Source of the DNA: Nemertoderma westbladi
Lineage: Eukaryota; Animalia; Xenacoelomorpha
Length of the DNA: 64,000 nt
Assembly: GCA_032718475.1 (NCBI GenBank)
Contig: JAUCBJ010008830.1
Location: forward strand, 1 to 64,000
Reading direction: 5' to 3'
Position 1 is the stretch's first letter; each line of letters opens with the position of its first letter. The translations under genes and the position numbers were made by a program. The notes under the pieces are model-generated. The model was not told the origin of the DNA. It made no database searches and was given only the letters and a program-made list of their open reading frames with translations. Positions 13,096 through 25,730 of the stretch are shown in pieces.

Positions 13096-13547
13096 TTGGA
13101 TGGTAGATTTTCTCTGGTGCCAACCACACCTCAATTATCAGATTATAGATTTTATAGTGTTGGCGCAGCGCTCCTTCAAATATTATCTGGCGCAGGCGCA
13201 ATTTTTATAATGTCTGGAGCACTATCCCGTGCACTTTTTGTAAGGATTCCACTAGGGGTTCCTCCTCCCGTCCCGGTTGTTGTTGAGGAAGATGATGCTG
13301 CTGTCCTATCAGAACCAGTTCCTCCTCCTGTCCCAGTTGGTGTTGATCAAAACGTTGCTGCTGTCCCTCTAGCACCAGCACCCCAAAATGAACTTGTTGA
13401 CGATTTGGTCGTGTATCAGGAAGGTGGACATTGTCAGTTGAACGATGGCCAGAAATATCAGCTCTGGACCAACAAGTGGAGGCTGCCTTTTGGTTTCAAT
13501 TTCCCCATTGTTGAAGGCTGCCGCTTCCAGTCTCACTGGTTGGATCT
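13096..13547 (+). pseudogene. N-terminal fragment of a hAT-type (ZMYM1/THAP12-like, TTF zinc-finger region) transposase
   Basis: KYQLWTNKWRLPFGFNFP...RFQSHWLDLY resembles the start of the TTF-type domain (P-x-x-F-x-F-P...RF-x-x-x-W). Truncated by the RTE fragment. Confidence 0.5.
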
Positions 13548-13912
13548 ATACCAGTTCCCAAGAAGGGCAACCTAACACTCTATGGTTCTTTTCGGGGAAT
13601 CTCATTGATCTCGATTGCTGCAAAGCTATACAATAGAATTCTATTAAATCGCATCAGGGATCCCATTGAGAGACTGCTCCGTGGAAATCAGAATGGGTTC
13701 CGTAAAGGTCGTGGGACCATGGAGCCCATGTTGGCACTTAGAAGGATAATTGAAGAGTTATCAAAAAAGAAAGACAGGCATCTGGCTGTTATCTTTGTTG
13801 ACTTCTTCAAGGCCTTTGATTCAGTCTCTCGCTCACGTATGTCCAGCATACTTTCATTATATAGGATTCCTGATGAAATTATTGCAGCAATCAGATCAGT
13901 ATACGATGGTTC
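13548..13912 (+). mobile_element. RTE LINE reverse transcriptase N-terminal fragment
   Basis: IPVPKKGN..FRGISLISIAAKLYNRIL..QNGFRKGR..IFVDFFKAFDSV; near-identical to the reverse complement of 43850-44125. Confidence 0.9.
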
Positions 13913-15003
13913 CAAAACAATAAACTAATTTCCTATTTTATTTGTATCATTTTCCCGCTTTGCGTCCCCATTTATCTTTGTGGTCATTTTCCATCCCTTA
14001 AGGTGGCTCAACATGAAAAATTGAAAAAAACTAAAAAAAAAATATTCCTATAGATTTTAACTCCAAATGATGAATATTTGTGTTGGACAAGTTTTGGTGG
14101 CATCAGGATAATCATTTCATGCACCAGAGACCCATATAAGCATGAAATGTTCATTAGCGGTAATGTAAATTTGCGATTTAAATGTCATTTTCTGCCGCTT
14201 GCATTTATCGCGTGCCAGTTTCATTCATGTACCTATTCCTCAAAAACTACTGAAGGTAGATGTATGAAATTTTGGGACCTTGTACAGAATTTCCAGCTCT
14301 TTCTTAATGGCCTCAATGACATAAATCCATCAATTTGTTTTGCCAATGGGTTTGCCAATGTCTCAAACTCAAAAAATTATTTTTTGACTTTGAGACCGCT
14401 ACAGGGTGGGGGCTTCCGTCGCTCAAGTCACTGTTATTATACTTCAACTGAGTCATGGAAGCTCGTGCAACTGCGAGAACTATTTAGTAAAGTATTAAAT
14501 TCCCTGATCCCTTCAATTCAACCATTTATTACACTGTGTTATTTCTTCAGGTAAATGTAACTAAAACTAACTTTAGCTGTATTTAACAACTTTCCGGTAT
14601 TTATTATTATTTTCATGACTAATCTTAAAAATTAAAATATACAAATGATAAGCGAATTTGTAATGTTTTTTCTGCATATTTATTGTTGGCATGGCACTTA
14701 GCGAAAACCCACACTAAACGGTTTCATTAACCCAATAAATCACAGAACGTAAAAAGTTTAGTTTAACTATATTTTTAATACAATTAAATTTTGTTTATGT
14801 TTTCATTGTCAAGAAAATTGAACAGCTATAATCGACTTTTAGCCTTATTTAATGGTATCAATAATGCAATGCCTATATTACCCCCCCCCCCCCCCCCCGG
14901 GTTGTCGCGTTCTAATATTAATAATATCCACGATGTTATACGATATTATTAATATCCACGTGCAGTAAAATAAAGTTAGAAATTATTGTTTCAATTATCA
15001 CAG

Positions 15004-15305
15004 GTCACGCTGGAGATGAGGTCTTTATCCCTCGAATAGAATTAACCATCACTGAGGAAGACATCCCAATCAAGTGACGGCGGCGCAAATTTCCCGTCAG
15101 TGTCACCTTCTCCATGACAATAAACAAGGGTCAAGGCCAAACGCTAACTGTAGTTGGCGTTTGGTTGAAACAGCCTTGTTTCGCCCACGGCCAACTCTAT
15201 ATGGCGTCATCGAGGGTTGGAAACCCCCAAAACCTTGTTTATGCCATAAAGAAATCAGACTGTGGACTAACTAGGAACGTAGTCTACCATGAAGTTTTGC
15301 TATAG
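15004..15305 (+). pseudogene. Helitron RepHel C-terminal PIF1-like helicase exon remnant
   Basis: VFIPRI..RRRKFPVSVTFSMTINKGQGQTL..VGVWL..PCFAHGQLYMASSRV..TRNVVYHEVL is the canonical Helitron helicase C-terminus. One in-frame stop; preceded by an acceptor-like TCACAG. Confidence 0.9.
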
Positions 15306-15495
15306 TAACTTTGGTAACACTTTCGTAACTTTTGCTGATAATCTCGCATATTATTTTTTTTATCAAAGTGCGAGTTATAATATTATATTTTTGCCATCAA
15401 TGAATTACATATTACATACATACAGTATCAGTGAATCTGCCTCGGTCGATAATGTTATATCTATTTTTTTACTGCATTAAGACTAACTGATTTAA

Positions 15496-16219
15496 GGGGG
15501 GGGGGGGGGGGGGGTACACCATTTTGGTCAAAAATATGTCGAAATTTTTTTTATGATCTAATATAATGCAGCAATGAATGGTGTTTCCAAATCTGAAAAC
15601 CGCTATTTAATAGCTCATTTAGTTTTTAAGTTATAACAATTTCCATTTAGGGATTCCTATTGAAATTACTATTACTATGTATAATGAAAGGTCGATTATC
15701 TCTAAATATTTTTTTTATGAAATTGTCAACTTCAAAACCCTACTACTTCTACAATTTTTGAGCAATTAGTCTGAAACTTTCTGTGGGTGTCTAGATAGCC
15801 GCCCTGCATAAAAGTATCAGACAACTTTTCGAAATTATTTGTTAATAAAATTTAATACTATTTATAACAAACCTAAAAATTAGGCATAAATTTGCAGCGC
15901 CACCTAGCGGTGCAGAATTATTTTCACAAAATTTCGCCTGATAGTTATGTTGCCCCATCTTTGATCTATCATATAAAAAAACTTTCATGTGATTAGATTC
16001 AAAACTGTAAAAGCCTTAGGGTTTTAAGCGCAACCAAGTTTTTTTTGTTGTTAACTAGTATTAACAAATATTAAATAGCGAAAAATAAAAATTTTCTAAT
16101 CTGTCATGTAGAATAGAATCTTAGGCACCAATATTCCAAATTATAGCCAAAACCAAACTATTTTGAAACGCTGAGAGTGATAAATCGAAGAGTTGTCCGA
16201 AAATGGTGTACCCCCCCCC
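15496..16219. mobile_element. Non-autonomous TTAA-targeting DNA transposon (Kolobok-like)
   Basis: TTAA|G(n)TACACCATTTT ... AAAATGGTGTAC(n)|TTAA: terminal inverted repeats with TTAA duplication; purine start fits Kolobok better than piggyBac (CCY). Confidence 0.75.
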
Positions 16220-16858
16220 TTAAATAATGTTCATTCTCTTAAAACCGCAACCCACTAATATAATGAAATATAGTAGAATAGTAATACTCAACATTTCATT
16301 CTAATTTAATTATTTATTCTTGTTAGAGAGACAGCGTGATATAATAATAAAACTTTATAACGCTTTTAAAGAGATACTGTAAGCGATTTGTAGCGTGATT
16401 ATAATGAGGTACGGCAGAGGAAATTGTACCAAATGATCACTTGTTAATAAAAAATAATAACAAATTAATTATTGATAATCATAAATCCAGAAATAAAAAA
16501 TAGCTGCATTGTAGATATTTTATGGAATTGCTATTCTCCCTTTGCTACTACACATACCAGTACTTTACATATTACATACTGTACACATTATCAATATATA
16601 TTTAACAGTATAACATAAAAGTCTTAATGTTTGAGTTATAGATACAGTCACTATTAATTATTTTTCTATTAAAACTGAAATAGAAGCCTATAGCAGCAGC
16701 GCATAACTAAAGTGTTGCCTGGTGTAAAGTCTTAATGCATGTAGTAATACACCAAAGAAACACCGGTGTATCGCTGGCGTATGTATGTGTATTGCGAATC
16801 AAAGGCGCTTGCGAATTTTTCACTGTGATACAGTTAATAATTTGTTTATTTCTGACAG

Positions 16859-17155
16859 TTAGGTTAAAAGTATTTCGGATACTTTTAGTATTTTCTTTTT
16901 AATCTCCCCAGCATCGTTAATGCTCTCCAACGCGGCCCCCCACGCAGCGACCTGGCTATCGATTAGCCTTTTTAGTGGTGGCGTTTGGGCGGGAGAGGAT
17001 CCCGATCCCGATCCTCTCGGTATAAATGGGGAGGAGGTACCCAAATAGGACGGGGATGCCGGTGGTGGTGGGGTTGCAGGTGGCGGTGGGGTTGCCATTA
17101 TCTCCTCTTCGTAGGGGAGAGGGACCCCCGATACCACCGTGGTGGTCGCCTTCAC
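16859..17155 (-). CDS. Orphan Pro/Ser-rich peptide with C-terminal helix (3' exon or fragment); homologous to 33241-33482
   Basis: VPLPYEEEI..SPSY..PLKRLIDSQVAAWGAAL..EIKKKILKVSEILL aligns with the peptide at 33241. Confidence 0.55.
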   Translation of the reverse strand: MKATTTVVSGVPLPYEEEIMATPPPPATPPPPASPSYLGTSSPFIPRGSGSGSSPAQTPPLKRLIDSQVAAWGAALESINDAGEIKKKILKVSEILLT

Positions 17156-17801
17156 TTCCTATATTAAAACATAAAACCATTTGAAATAATATTAAAATAA
17201 TATTGAAATAATATTAAAATCAGCATGTGTTTAAGCCGGATCAGACTTCTCCATTCTTGAGATCCTTTTTACTTACATTCTCAACGTTTTCATTCGTTGA
17301 AACGAATTTTGGGGAACTTTTATCACTTTAATACACACTCCTGATATCAGTAAGATGAAAAATGATATTCTTTAACAATAAATTTATTGCTTAACTGACA
17401 TAACAATTTCATATGTTATGTCTGTGTATTTTATAAATTGTACCTTTATACTTTTACACTTTTATTTGTACCTTTATACTTTTAGTACCGTACTAGTGGA
17501 ACTATTGAATTAAATTAATTGTGGGATGATCTGAATTAAATGTATAGGGTAATGACAAGACATTATAATGTAATTAACTAATTGTAAGTAACAAGTTAAG
17601 TTAAAGTAATAAATTATAATAAAATAATTAATTAATTAAATAATAAAATATTAAATTAATGAATAATAAAATATAAATTTATTTATTTATATGAATTATA
17701 TTGCAGAGGTCTACTACACCATAGACTCCTTATCATAGAGGTACTAGAACCAGTCTGCATTTCTCCAGTCTACCGCTAGGGGGACAAATGTCTGAAAGCA
17801 C

Positions 17802-18572
17802 TTACTTACGCATTTCGGCCTCTTGTTTCCGCATTTCGGCCTCTTGTTCAACCTCCTGTTTCCGTGTTTCGGCCTGTTGTTCGGCCTCTTGTTTCCGTAT
17901 TTCGGCCTGTTGTTCGGCCTCTTGTTTACGCATTTCGGCCTCTTGTTTACGCATTTCAGCCTCTTGTTTACGCATTTCGGCCTCTTGTTTCTGTATTTCG
18001 GCCTGTTGTTCGGCCTCTTGTTTACGCGTTTCGGCTTCTTGTTTACGTCTTTCGGCCTGTATTTCGGCCTCTTGTTTATGTCTTTCGGCCTCCTGTTTAT
18101 GTCTTTCGGCCTCTTGTTTATGTCTTTCTTCTGCTAGTACGTCCTGTTCGATCTGCAATTGAACGTATTCATCTTCCATCCGGACTTTAAGGGCCAGTGC
18201 CCTCTGTTCTCGTAACGGATCTCGGAGGGGTTGACCCCCTTGGGAACTACGCGCTGATCCGGATATCTCGCTCCTGGCGCTGGAGTGCTGGTGCCTTGAG
18301 GACCCAGTCCTCTTTCTCGGAACCAATGTTCTGGTACCGGAGGTCCATACAGATTCCACATCCGCCCTTTCAGTCCTTTTGTAATATTGTTCCTCGTAAC
18401 CTCTCACGAGGCTGAGGGTCCTCCGATGTTGTTTATGGAACCCTTCCAAATGTGCAGTATGTTCCTCCATTCTGGGATAGTTTTCCAGATCTGTTGCGGG
18501 AATGAGCTCCTGATATGCTTGTATCATTCGTTCGTATCGTTGGAGGATATTCCTGATTTTTCCCCACACCAA
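17802..18572 (-). CDS. Gag-like N-terminal fragment with KQEAE-type coiled-coil repeat (probable LTR retrotransposon remnant)
   Basis: Ser/Arg-rich segment followed by many 7/11-aa KQEAE(MR/QQAE) repeats. A tandem array and TATA/PBS-like signals lie upstream. No pol downstream. Confidence 0.45.
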   Translation of the reverse strand: MVWGKIRNILQRYERMIQAYQELIPATDLENYPRMEEHTAHLEGFHKQHRRTLSLVRGYEEQYYKRTERADVESVWTSGTRTLVPRKRTGSSRHQHSSARSEISGSARSSQGGQPLRDPLREQRALALKVRMEDEYVQLQIEQDVLAEERHKQEAERHKQEAERHKQEAEIQAERRKQEAETRKQEAEQQAEIQKQEAEMRKQEAEMRKQEAEMRKQEAEQQAEIRKQEAEQQAETRKQEVEQEAEMRKQEAEMRK

Positions 18573-18734
18573 TATACCAAATATTCACAATGATACACAA
18601 ATATATAAATTCCTACAGTAAATTATTTAATTACCCCCTTGTTCGCTTTCAGATTTTGACCTAACTAATGTTCCCCATTTTCCCTCGGTCTAAGTCCCGG
18701 TACCGTAGTGTCAGTGTCGGTCGATCCTTCGCAC

Positions 18735-19745
18735 GTCCGTCCCACACTTCCCAAACCCCGAAGGGATCGGTCATCAGGAAAGCGGTATGGCTTAGCTAGG
18801 GGTCTGTCGGTTCATCGCAGGGTCCCAACCACCTAAGCTTTCCGAATCCTTTTCAGGCTCGTAGTCGCATCGGTAGCCGAGAACCTGCTCCGAATAGTCG
18901 GTAGGCCAGTAGAGTCTGGACCTCTGTCTTTCGACCCTGTCGCATGTCCGTCCCACCCTTCCCGAACCCTGACGGGATCGGTCATCAGGAAAGAGGTACG
19001 GCTTAGCTAGGGGTCTGTCGGTTCATCGCAGGGTCCCAACCACCTAAGCTTTCCGAATCCTTTTCAGGCTTGTAGCCGCATCGGTAGCCGAGAACCTGCT
19101 CCGAATAGTCGGTAGGCCAGTAGAGTCCGGACCTCTGTCTTTCGACCCTGTCGCATGTCCGTCCCACCCTTCCCGAACCCCGAAGGGATCGGTCATCAGG
19201 AAAGCGGTATGGCTTAGCTAGGGGTCTGTCGGTTCATCGCAGGGTCCCAACCACCTAAGCTTTCCGAATCCTTTTCAGGCTCGTAATCGCATCGGTAGCC
19301 GAGAACCTGCTCCGAATAGTCGGTAGGCCAGTAGAGTCCGGTCCTCTGTCTTTCGACCTTGTCGCATGTCCGTCCCACCCTTCCCGAGCCCTGAAGGGAT
19401 CGGTCATCAGGAAAGCAGTACGGCTTAGCTAGGGGTCTGTCGGCCCATTGTGAGTCCCAACTGTCGGAGCTTTCCGAATCCTTTTCAGGCTCGTACTAAC
19501 GCCAGTTGTGGAACCCACGCCAGGAAGTCAGTCCTCATCGAACCCTTCCTTTCCCTCCGGTCAGTCGATCCTTCGCAAGTCCCCAATGAGAAGACTCCGC
19601 CCAAGTCCCTTTCAGGCTCAGTCGTAGCCAATGCACCGGGAACCGCTAAGGATCTGTCAGTTCCCGTCTCAAATCCCTGGCACAACCAGCTAAGCTTTCC
19701 AAATCCTTTTCAGGCTCGTAATCGCCGCTGGTGGCCTGGAACCGC
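18735..19745. repeat. GC-rich tandem array, 211-bp period, about 4 copies plus degenerate subunits
   Basis: TCATCAG recurs at 18771, 18982, 19193 and 19404; period is not a multiple of 3. Confidence 0.9.
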
Positions 19746-20542
19746 TAAGGGCAGTCCTTATCCCCAGGCCTAGCGGGTTACCAACTACCGAAGTAGAAGG
19801 AGGTTGTCTAGGCCTAAATAACTATCAGGCAACCCTGACAGCTGAGAGTATTGCTTGATTTTGCCTCCCACCCCTGGCCCTTAAATATCTGATATAAGTC
19901 CCGTGCCCCGTAAGTCGCTCCAATATTCGCCCATAAATCACCCCCAGTCTATCGAATGTACCCAAATTTTATGTTCCCGCACCCAGTACTGATATTGGCA
20001 TATTCATAAAAAATAAATCCAAAAAATATGTAACTCGTGTTATGATAAAGTGAAATACCGCGAACAATTGTCAGAAGTCTACTGTACTATACATCATAAG
20101 GCTGCATCTTTGTGAATGACGTTGACAAGTCTGCAATTCTCCAGTCCACCACTAGGGGATGAATTGTCTGAAAGTGAAATAATTTTCCATTTAAATTGTT
20201 TAGAGTTGATTCTTGCCAGCGATCTAAAAGTACATGCCGGTACATAAACTGTAGGTTGTGTTTACGAGAATGGTAACCACCTGCAGTTCTACAGTTTAAC
20301 CTTCTTCCATATTTTTACTATTTGTAATCCGTTGGAAGTAATATTTGGCAGCTATCTACTACAACCTGAGCCTTATAATGTATGTTGTAAGTTGTATGTA
20401 GATATCTGAAAAGTAAAAGAGCATCAGTCCTTTTGTTTGAGAGAACATCATGTGATGTTTTGTTAAGTTAAGTTAATTAATTAATTAATGTTTGTAATGG
20501 TGAATATGCTTGTAAAGAAGAAAACCGAGGAAGAGCAAAGGA

Positions 20543-20577
20543 GAAAGCCGTGGCCCGAAGGGCCACTGGCTTTCTAG
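20543..20577 (+). mobile_element. Helitron 3' terminus (GC hairpin + CTAG before T)
   Basis: GAAAGCC-GTGGCCC-GAA-GGGCCAC-TGGCTTT-CTAG|T. Confidence 0.75.
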
Positions 20578-23500
20578 TATAGTTCATAAAAAATTAAGGT
20601 CTCAGGAATTCTTAGCCCACGAGTATTCTTAGCCCGTAGGTATTCTTAGGATGCAAAACAATAACGTTTATTGTTTTGGTTCCCCCAATACGACTCTGAA
20701 ACCTACTCCTTTACTAACCTTCTACTTTAATATTGCTAAAAATACGCGGACTAAGAATTCACCCAACCAAAATAAGCTATTCATAGACATTATATTTATA
20801 GAGGTTATTCCATTGTAGGTGTGATAGAGATTTAGGAAGGCAGTTTGCTATAACAACCTCAGGATGGTAAACAATCCCTTAACCAATCACGTGCCTTCTT
20901 TATCAAAGAAAGTCTAATACCATTCGTCTATTTTATCTAAGCAGTCTATCAAACCAATCACCTGCCAACGTTTCATAATTTCATAATTTTTTATTATTAT
21001 TATCGCATCCAGTTCTATCAGTTCTCTCCATTCGATTGAAACTTGCTTCCATCACATTAACTTCCACTGCGATTTACATTTATTTCTGTTGCTTTCTTAT
21101 ACATCGTTCCTTCTATTCAGGTAAGTTTTTTTTATTATTGTCTATGTTTTTGTATCATGAGGTCCATAGCACAACGAAAAAGTTGGAATAAAATCAAATT
21201 ACTCTCAAAAAATTTTCCGCAACTTGTTCATTGAACTTATTTTATTGTTTTGGTTAGAATAACGCGCCCATACGATCTCCACATTTCATTTAATTTATAA
21301 TTTAATGTTTAGACGAGATTTTAATTCCCCAAGATGGAATTTTTTCGCAACTTGAATAGACATACCGGTTCCAGGTTCCAGTAGTATTAATAATAATACT
21401 GTAATAATATTAATAATAAATTATTTTCGTAATTATTTATCTATATATTTCGTAGAGTTATTTAACTATGGATCGGTATGCTGTTGTTATACCTCCCGAG
21501 TATGAGAGGGCTACTTGTGCGGGAGGTGATAGACAACTCGCGATATTCGAGGGCCACTACATTTCCACCTTGGTATTGAGTGTAACCACCGCTCGCAAAA
21601 AGGCCTGCAAGTCTGCGAAGACATCTCAACAATCACCGGCAAAACCGTCCCAAGGCCGTTTCGTACCACACCCTGGCCTTCCTACTGTAAGTTTGGATTC
21701 AATATCTATTTATACTTCAATAGCCATATTTTATATATACCTGTAATATTTCCAGTATCTGCCAGTAACTTAGAGTGCAGGTACACCCATAATGTTCACT
21801 AACTAAACAAGTTTACTTCTGGATATATATTTTAATCATACAGATGTAACACACCTATGCCGTAATTATTTTCAATCTGACATTGTTTATCAATATAAAT
21901 AAATATTTGACGTATGTATCCTGTGTACTAAATTTGTAATAATACATTTTCCATATAATTGGTATTGTATAATTTTTTTATTATTTTTAGGGACTTATCT
22001 TCGACTGCAACATTCGTGATGGTACTGTAGTACCACCCATACTCTGAAGAAGTTTTTATAGATTTAATCGGCACTGGTTCGTTTGTGGCTATTCTAGAGC
22101 CGGGGTATCATGGGGGGATATCCCACTTACAAACAATTATAACCAAACAACAGCCAGTACACCTGGCAAGACCAGCGGAGTTGCCAGCCGTAGGGACCAT
22201 AATCAAGGAAATAATCAGATCCCCCAATCTACAGGGATTTGCAATCTACTTGGAACATTTACGGCTCTCAGGGGTAGGTTGTTGATGTTTTGTAATTCAT
22301 TCAACTATTAATAATAACTAATAATTTATTATTGATAACATGTTGAATAACAGTTAATGAAGGGTTTGTTAGCGTGGTAGGTTGATTTAAAAATATACAT
22401 ACAAAAGGACTGACTTATCTAAACATACATTTTATTTTTTATTTTGTGTGCATGAATGAGTAGTTTAATATTATTACAATGCCAAGGGTTCGGTACAGTG
22501 GCTGCAGAAAATAGGTATTGGCAGTTGGGAGGCAACTGGTTGTAAATTGAATAATATTCTTTAATCTATTTTTATTTTTTTAGACGACAATCAAGAAGGT
22601 ATGTGGGGGCACAATTTGCCGCGGCCTCAAGGGCGATGTCGCTACAGGGGTGTGCGCATGTTACAGGTCAGATTTCCTGCTGTGATAGAGTATGATCCTA
22701 CCCTACCCGGTAGGATAATTCTACCACATGAGTTCTCCTACAGGGAGTTATCTTCCATTTTCATTACGCCAGAATGCCGAAAGTAAGTAATTTTAATGTT
22801 TCAAGAGTATAAAAATTTAATAATAGTTCAAATTTAAGTATAAGTAGTAGTACTGAACATAGTAAAGTAGAAACTAGATATTATATATTATTCATTATAT
22901 TAATATAATCAAAAATTGCTATGTAAAACAATTAGGCCAACACCCTACTGGTAAACTACAAGTTAGTAAAATGTGAATAAACATACCCAACAAAGTAAAA
23001 TGCATTTACTTTATCAATAATATAATTAAATCTACAGATTATATATTTTTAGACAAAAACTCAGACTGTAACTCTTGATGAAGCCAGAGCTCATGTCAAC
23101 CACGAAGTTCAGCTATAAGGGGACCAGGGATGGTGGGTCTTTGGCAGGGCCAAGTCGGCAATGTCGGTCAATTTGGATGGTAGTTCAGTCGTGGAGCTAG
23201 CCCGGCTACGCATCACATGAGTTCCGCTGCAGCAGGGAAACTTCGTTTATGCCCTATTCGGAGGTGGTGCACCAGGTGGTATAACAGCTGGCACAGAAGA
23301 TTAAATAAATATATTAAGTTCTTACATGAAATAAATTTCAATATGAAATATCAATATAATATATTTTGATCAAATTATAGCACAACAAACAATGGCTAGT
23401 ATCAGTGAACAAACCTACTGTATAACTATACATACAATGTTATACACACGTTGGCAGGACGAGGACAATAAAACTCAGTATTGTGTAGCCAGATCAACCC

Positions 23501-23964
23501 CCCCCCCCCCCCCCGCAGACCTGCCCCATCCCCAAAGCCTGACCCGCGCCAAGACCGTCGACCACCTCTGAGGCAGAGAGAATTCGATCGGAGGAGGGCG
23601 AATTGAATCCTCCGGCGAACTCCACCCTGCACACAGGCAAGGCCCCCTCTCGGCCATCCCAGCTTGTCTCGAGACGACATGAAATAAATTTAATGAAATA
23701 AAAAGCCTAGATTATCAACATTCTTTTAAATCTGCAATGTAAATGTATTATGTAGTAGTAAATGCACTATTCAATCGGATTTCAAAAATTTGTAACACAG
23801 CTAATAACAGTTCATTTATCCAGGGATAAATGATCATAGATAAATTCAAAATTTGAGTAGAAATAATGCCACACAGACGACGTGGACAGCATGACAATCT
23901 AGGTTTATCTAACATACAGTATTTAAATCCTACTAAAATACATTGTGACATTGACCATCGACAC

Positions 23965-24590
23965 CACATATTACTATCCAGGGACTCATGCATACGATGA
24001 CTCGTGACTACTCATTCCATTTCTGAACTTTCTTCTACCGCTACTGTCAACTTCTACCTACCTAATAATAAATATGTCCCTACACTAAATCAATTCCCAC
24101 AACTAATTTATACTTACAGGACTGCTGTCAGTATCCCATGCCAGACATTTATCTCTTTGATCACTATAGCAAAGGTTTTATCAGAAACTACGTTTAATTA
24201 CGTTTAATTTATCTCTTTGGGTGGGAACGACATTTGTAAACGCAGCATGGAAGTAGATAAAGATCTACAGTCAGCCATCGCTGAGTTCCACTCAGCCACT
24301 AACTCAAAAATTATATGACTTGAGTCGTTCCCCAGAAGAAAAAAAATCCCAAATAACCACAATGACAGACGGCTAGTACTTAACCACTGAATGCGGGCAT
24401 GGTTTAATGACAATTTTTTTGGAATTAGTGTTTAATAAGACAATACTACGTTACGTATGGATCAACTTTATCTGTTAAAGGAATTGTTGACCCAAACCAT
24501 TATTTTCTAAGATAGGACGACATACACCTAAGTGACACCTCTGAACTAAAACTATTCTATGCATTACGACAGACAGCATGTGCGGCATTA
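23965..24590 (+). pseudogene. SGNH/GDSL hydrolase domain remnant, copy 1
   Basis: Block I-like ILLSRDS, block III FISLGGND and block V DDIHL at appropriate spacing; several stop codons. Confidence 0.6.
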
Positions 24591-24847
24591 CATTAACTTT
24601 AAAAATTTCTTACCAACCAAAACAGCCTTTTTCAAGGCTATGCTACCTAATGGCAGGTTCCGTACATAAGCATCCCTCAATAATATAAGCACTATGTATC
24701 TCTCTAAATCTAAAGTAAAATGATATAGAGGACATGGTGTGTGTATTATAATAGTCAGAGAAATGTGAATGTGCAACCGGTAGCGGGATATCAGTTGACA
24801 ACTGAGAGCAAATCCCATTAAATATATATGATAATAATATATGTTAT

Positions 24848-24973
24848 CAAAGCAAACAGTCGGCCGAAGCCGGAGGCTACCCGAAGGCTCCTCTTTCGAT
24901 AGCTGCTACCCGAGGGTAGGGGTGGGCGCTACTCCTATCCCAAGATTTGCTCCCAGTTATTTAACTGGTACTC
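24848..24973 (-). mobile_element. Short SINE-like insertion present only in repeat copy 1
   Basis: Flanked by an 11-bp duplication ATATATGTTAT (24837-24847, 24974-24984); empty site seen in copy 2 (~28740); contains TTCG-loop hairpins on the minus strand. Confidence 0.7.
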
Positions 24974-25444
24974 ATATATGTTATAAAGTATGATAAATAT
25001 ATATATAAAAATAGTATGATGATAAATATATATATAAATATAGTATGATGATAATATAACTAATTCTTGAAATATATATTAATTTCTTTGTGTATTATAT
25101 ACAATCTCGATAGGGTTACTTTATGCTTAATTGGTCTGCGGGGGAGTATTTTATAAGGTTCTCAAAGGTGTCTGTCAGCGGGATGGGTGGGGGGTTACAG
25201 TGTGCTCAACCGCGGGGCAAGTTTGTTTTGATTTATTATATTTTTTTGAGGTTTCGTGTTTATTTTAAATAATTTGAATGAATGAATTCGCAATTAATAA
25301 AATATGTATAACTGAATACACATGGCTTTAATTTTATTAAGTTATAGTGTTGCTCATATTGATACCTGGTACTGGAAAGCCTTTGCTAATATTAAATTAT
25401 ATGGTTCTGTTCAAGAAATACTCTATTTCTAGATTTAGAAATAA

Positions 25445-25730
25445 TTAAATCAAATAATCTTGTTAAATGGCGACAATCTAAGAACATAAACGACTTCAAG
25501 GAATATAAGTCTAGTAGGAATAAATTTACTAATCTTAATAAAAAATCAAAAAATAGATACATAAATAATAAGTAAATTGATAATAATTCAGCAAGGGATA
25601 GATGGTCCATTATAAATAATATTCTAAATAAAAATAATAAAAATAATAAAAGAAAATATAGCAGTTCCGTATTAAAAGACACAAATATAAACGTGACTGA
25701 ACCAAAAGCAACAGCTGATTTATTTAATTG
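25445..25730 (+). pseudogene. Non-LTR retrotransposon ORF2 linker fragment (CR1/L2-like); second copy at ~29212-29490
   Basis: FKEYKSSRNKFTNLNKKSKNRY..DRWSIINNILNK..VTEPKATADLFN matches the typical endonuclease-RT linker. Confidence 0.6.

Noticed and set aside
13998-14600. Second Kolobok-like element starting TTAAGGTGGCTC and ORF 14078-14554
   Set aside because: No matching right TIR found and the ORF has no recognisable motif.
17788-18190. Plus-strand repetitive ORFs (ISASC.., FGLLF.., FRPLV..)
   Set aside because: Antisense shadows of the minus-strand KQEAE repeat.
18735-19745. CRISPR-like appearance of the array
   Set aside because: Whole 211-bp units repeat with no unique spacers, no cas genes, and the context is eukaryotic.
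19785-19981. 5' LTR and PBS for the gag-like ORF
   Set aside because: TATA-like and TGG.. signals exist, but there is no second LTR or clear TG..CA ends to confirm.
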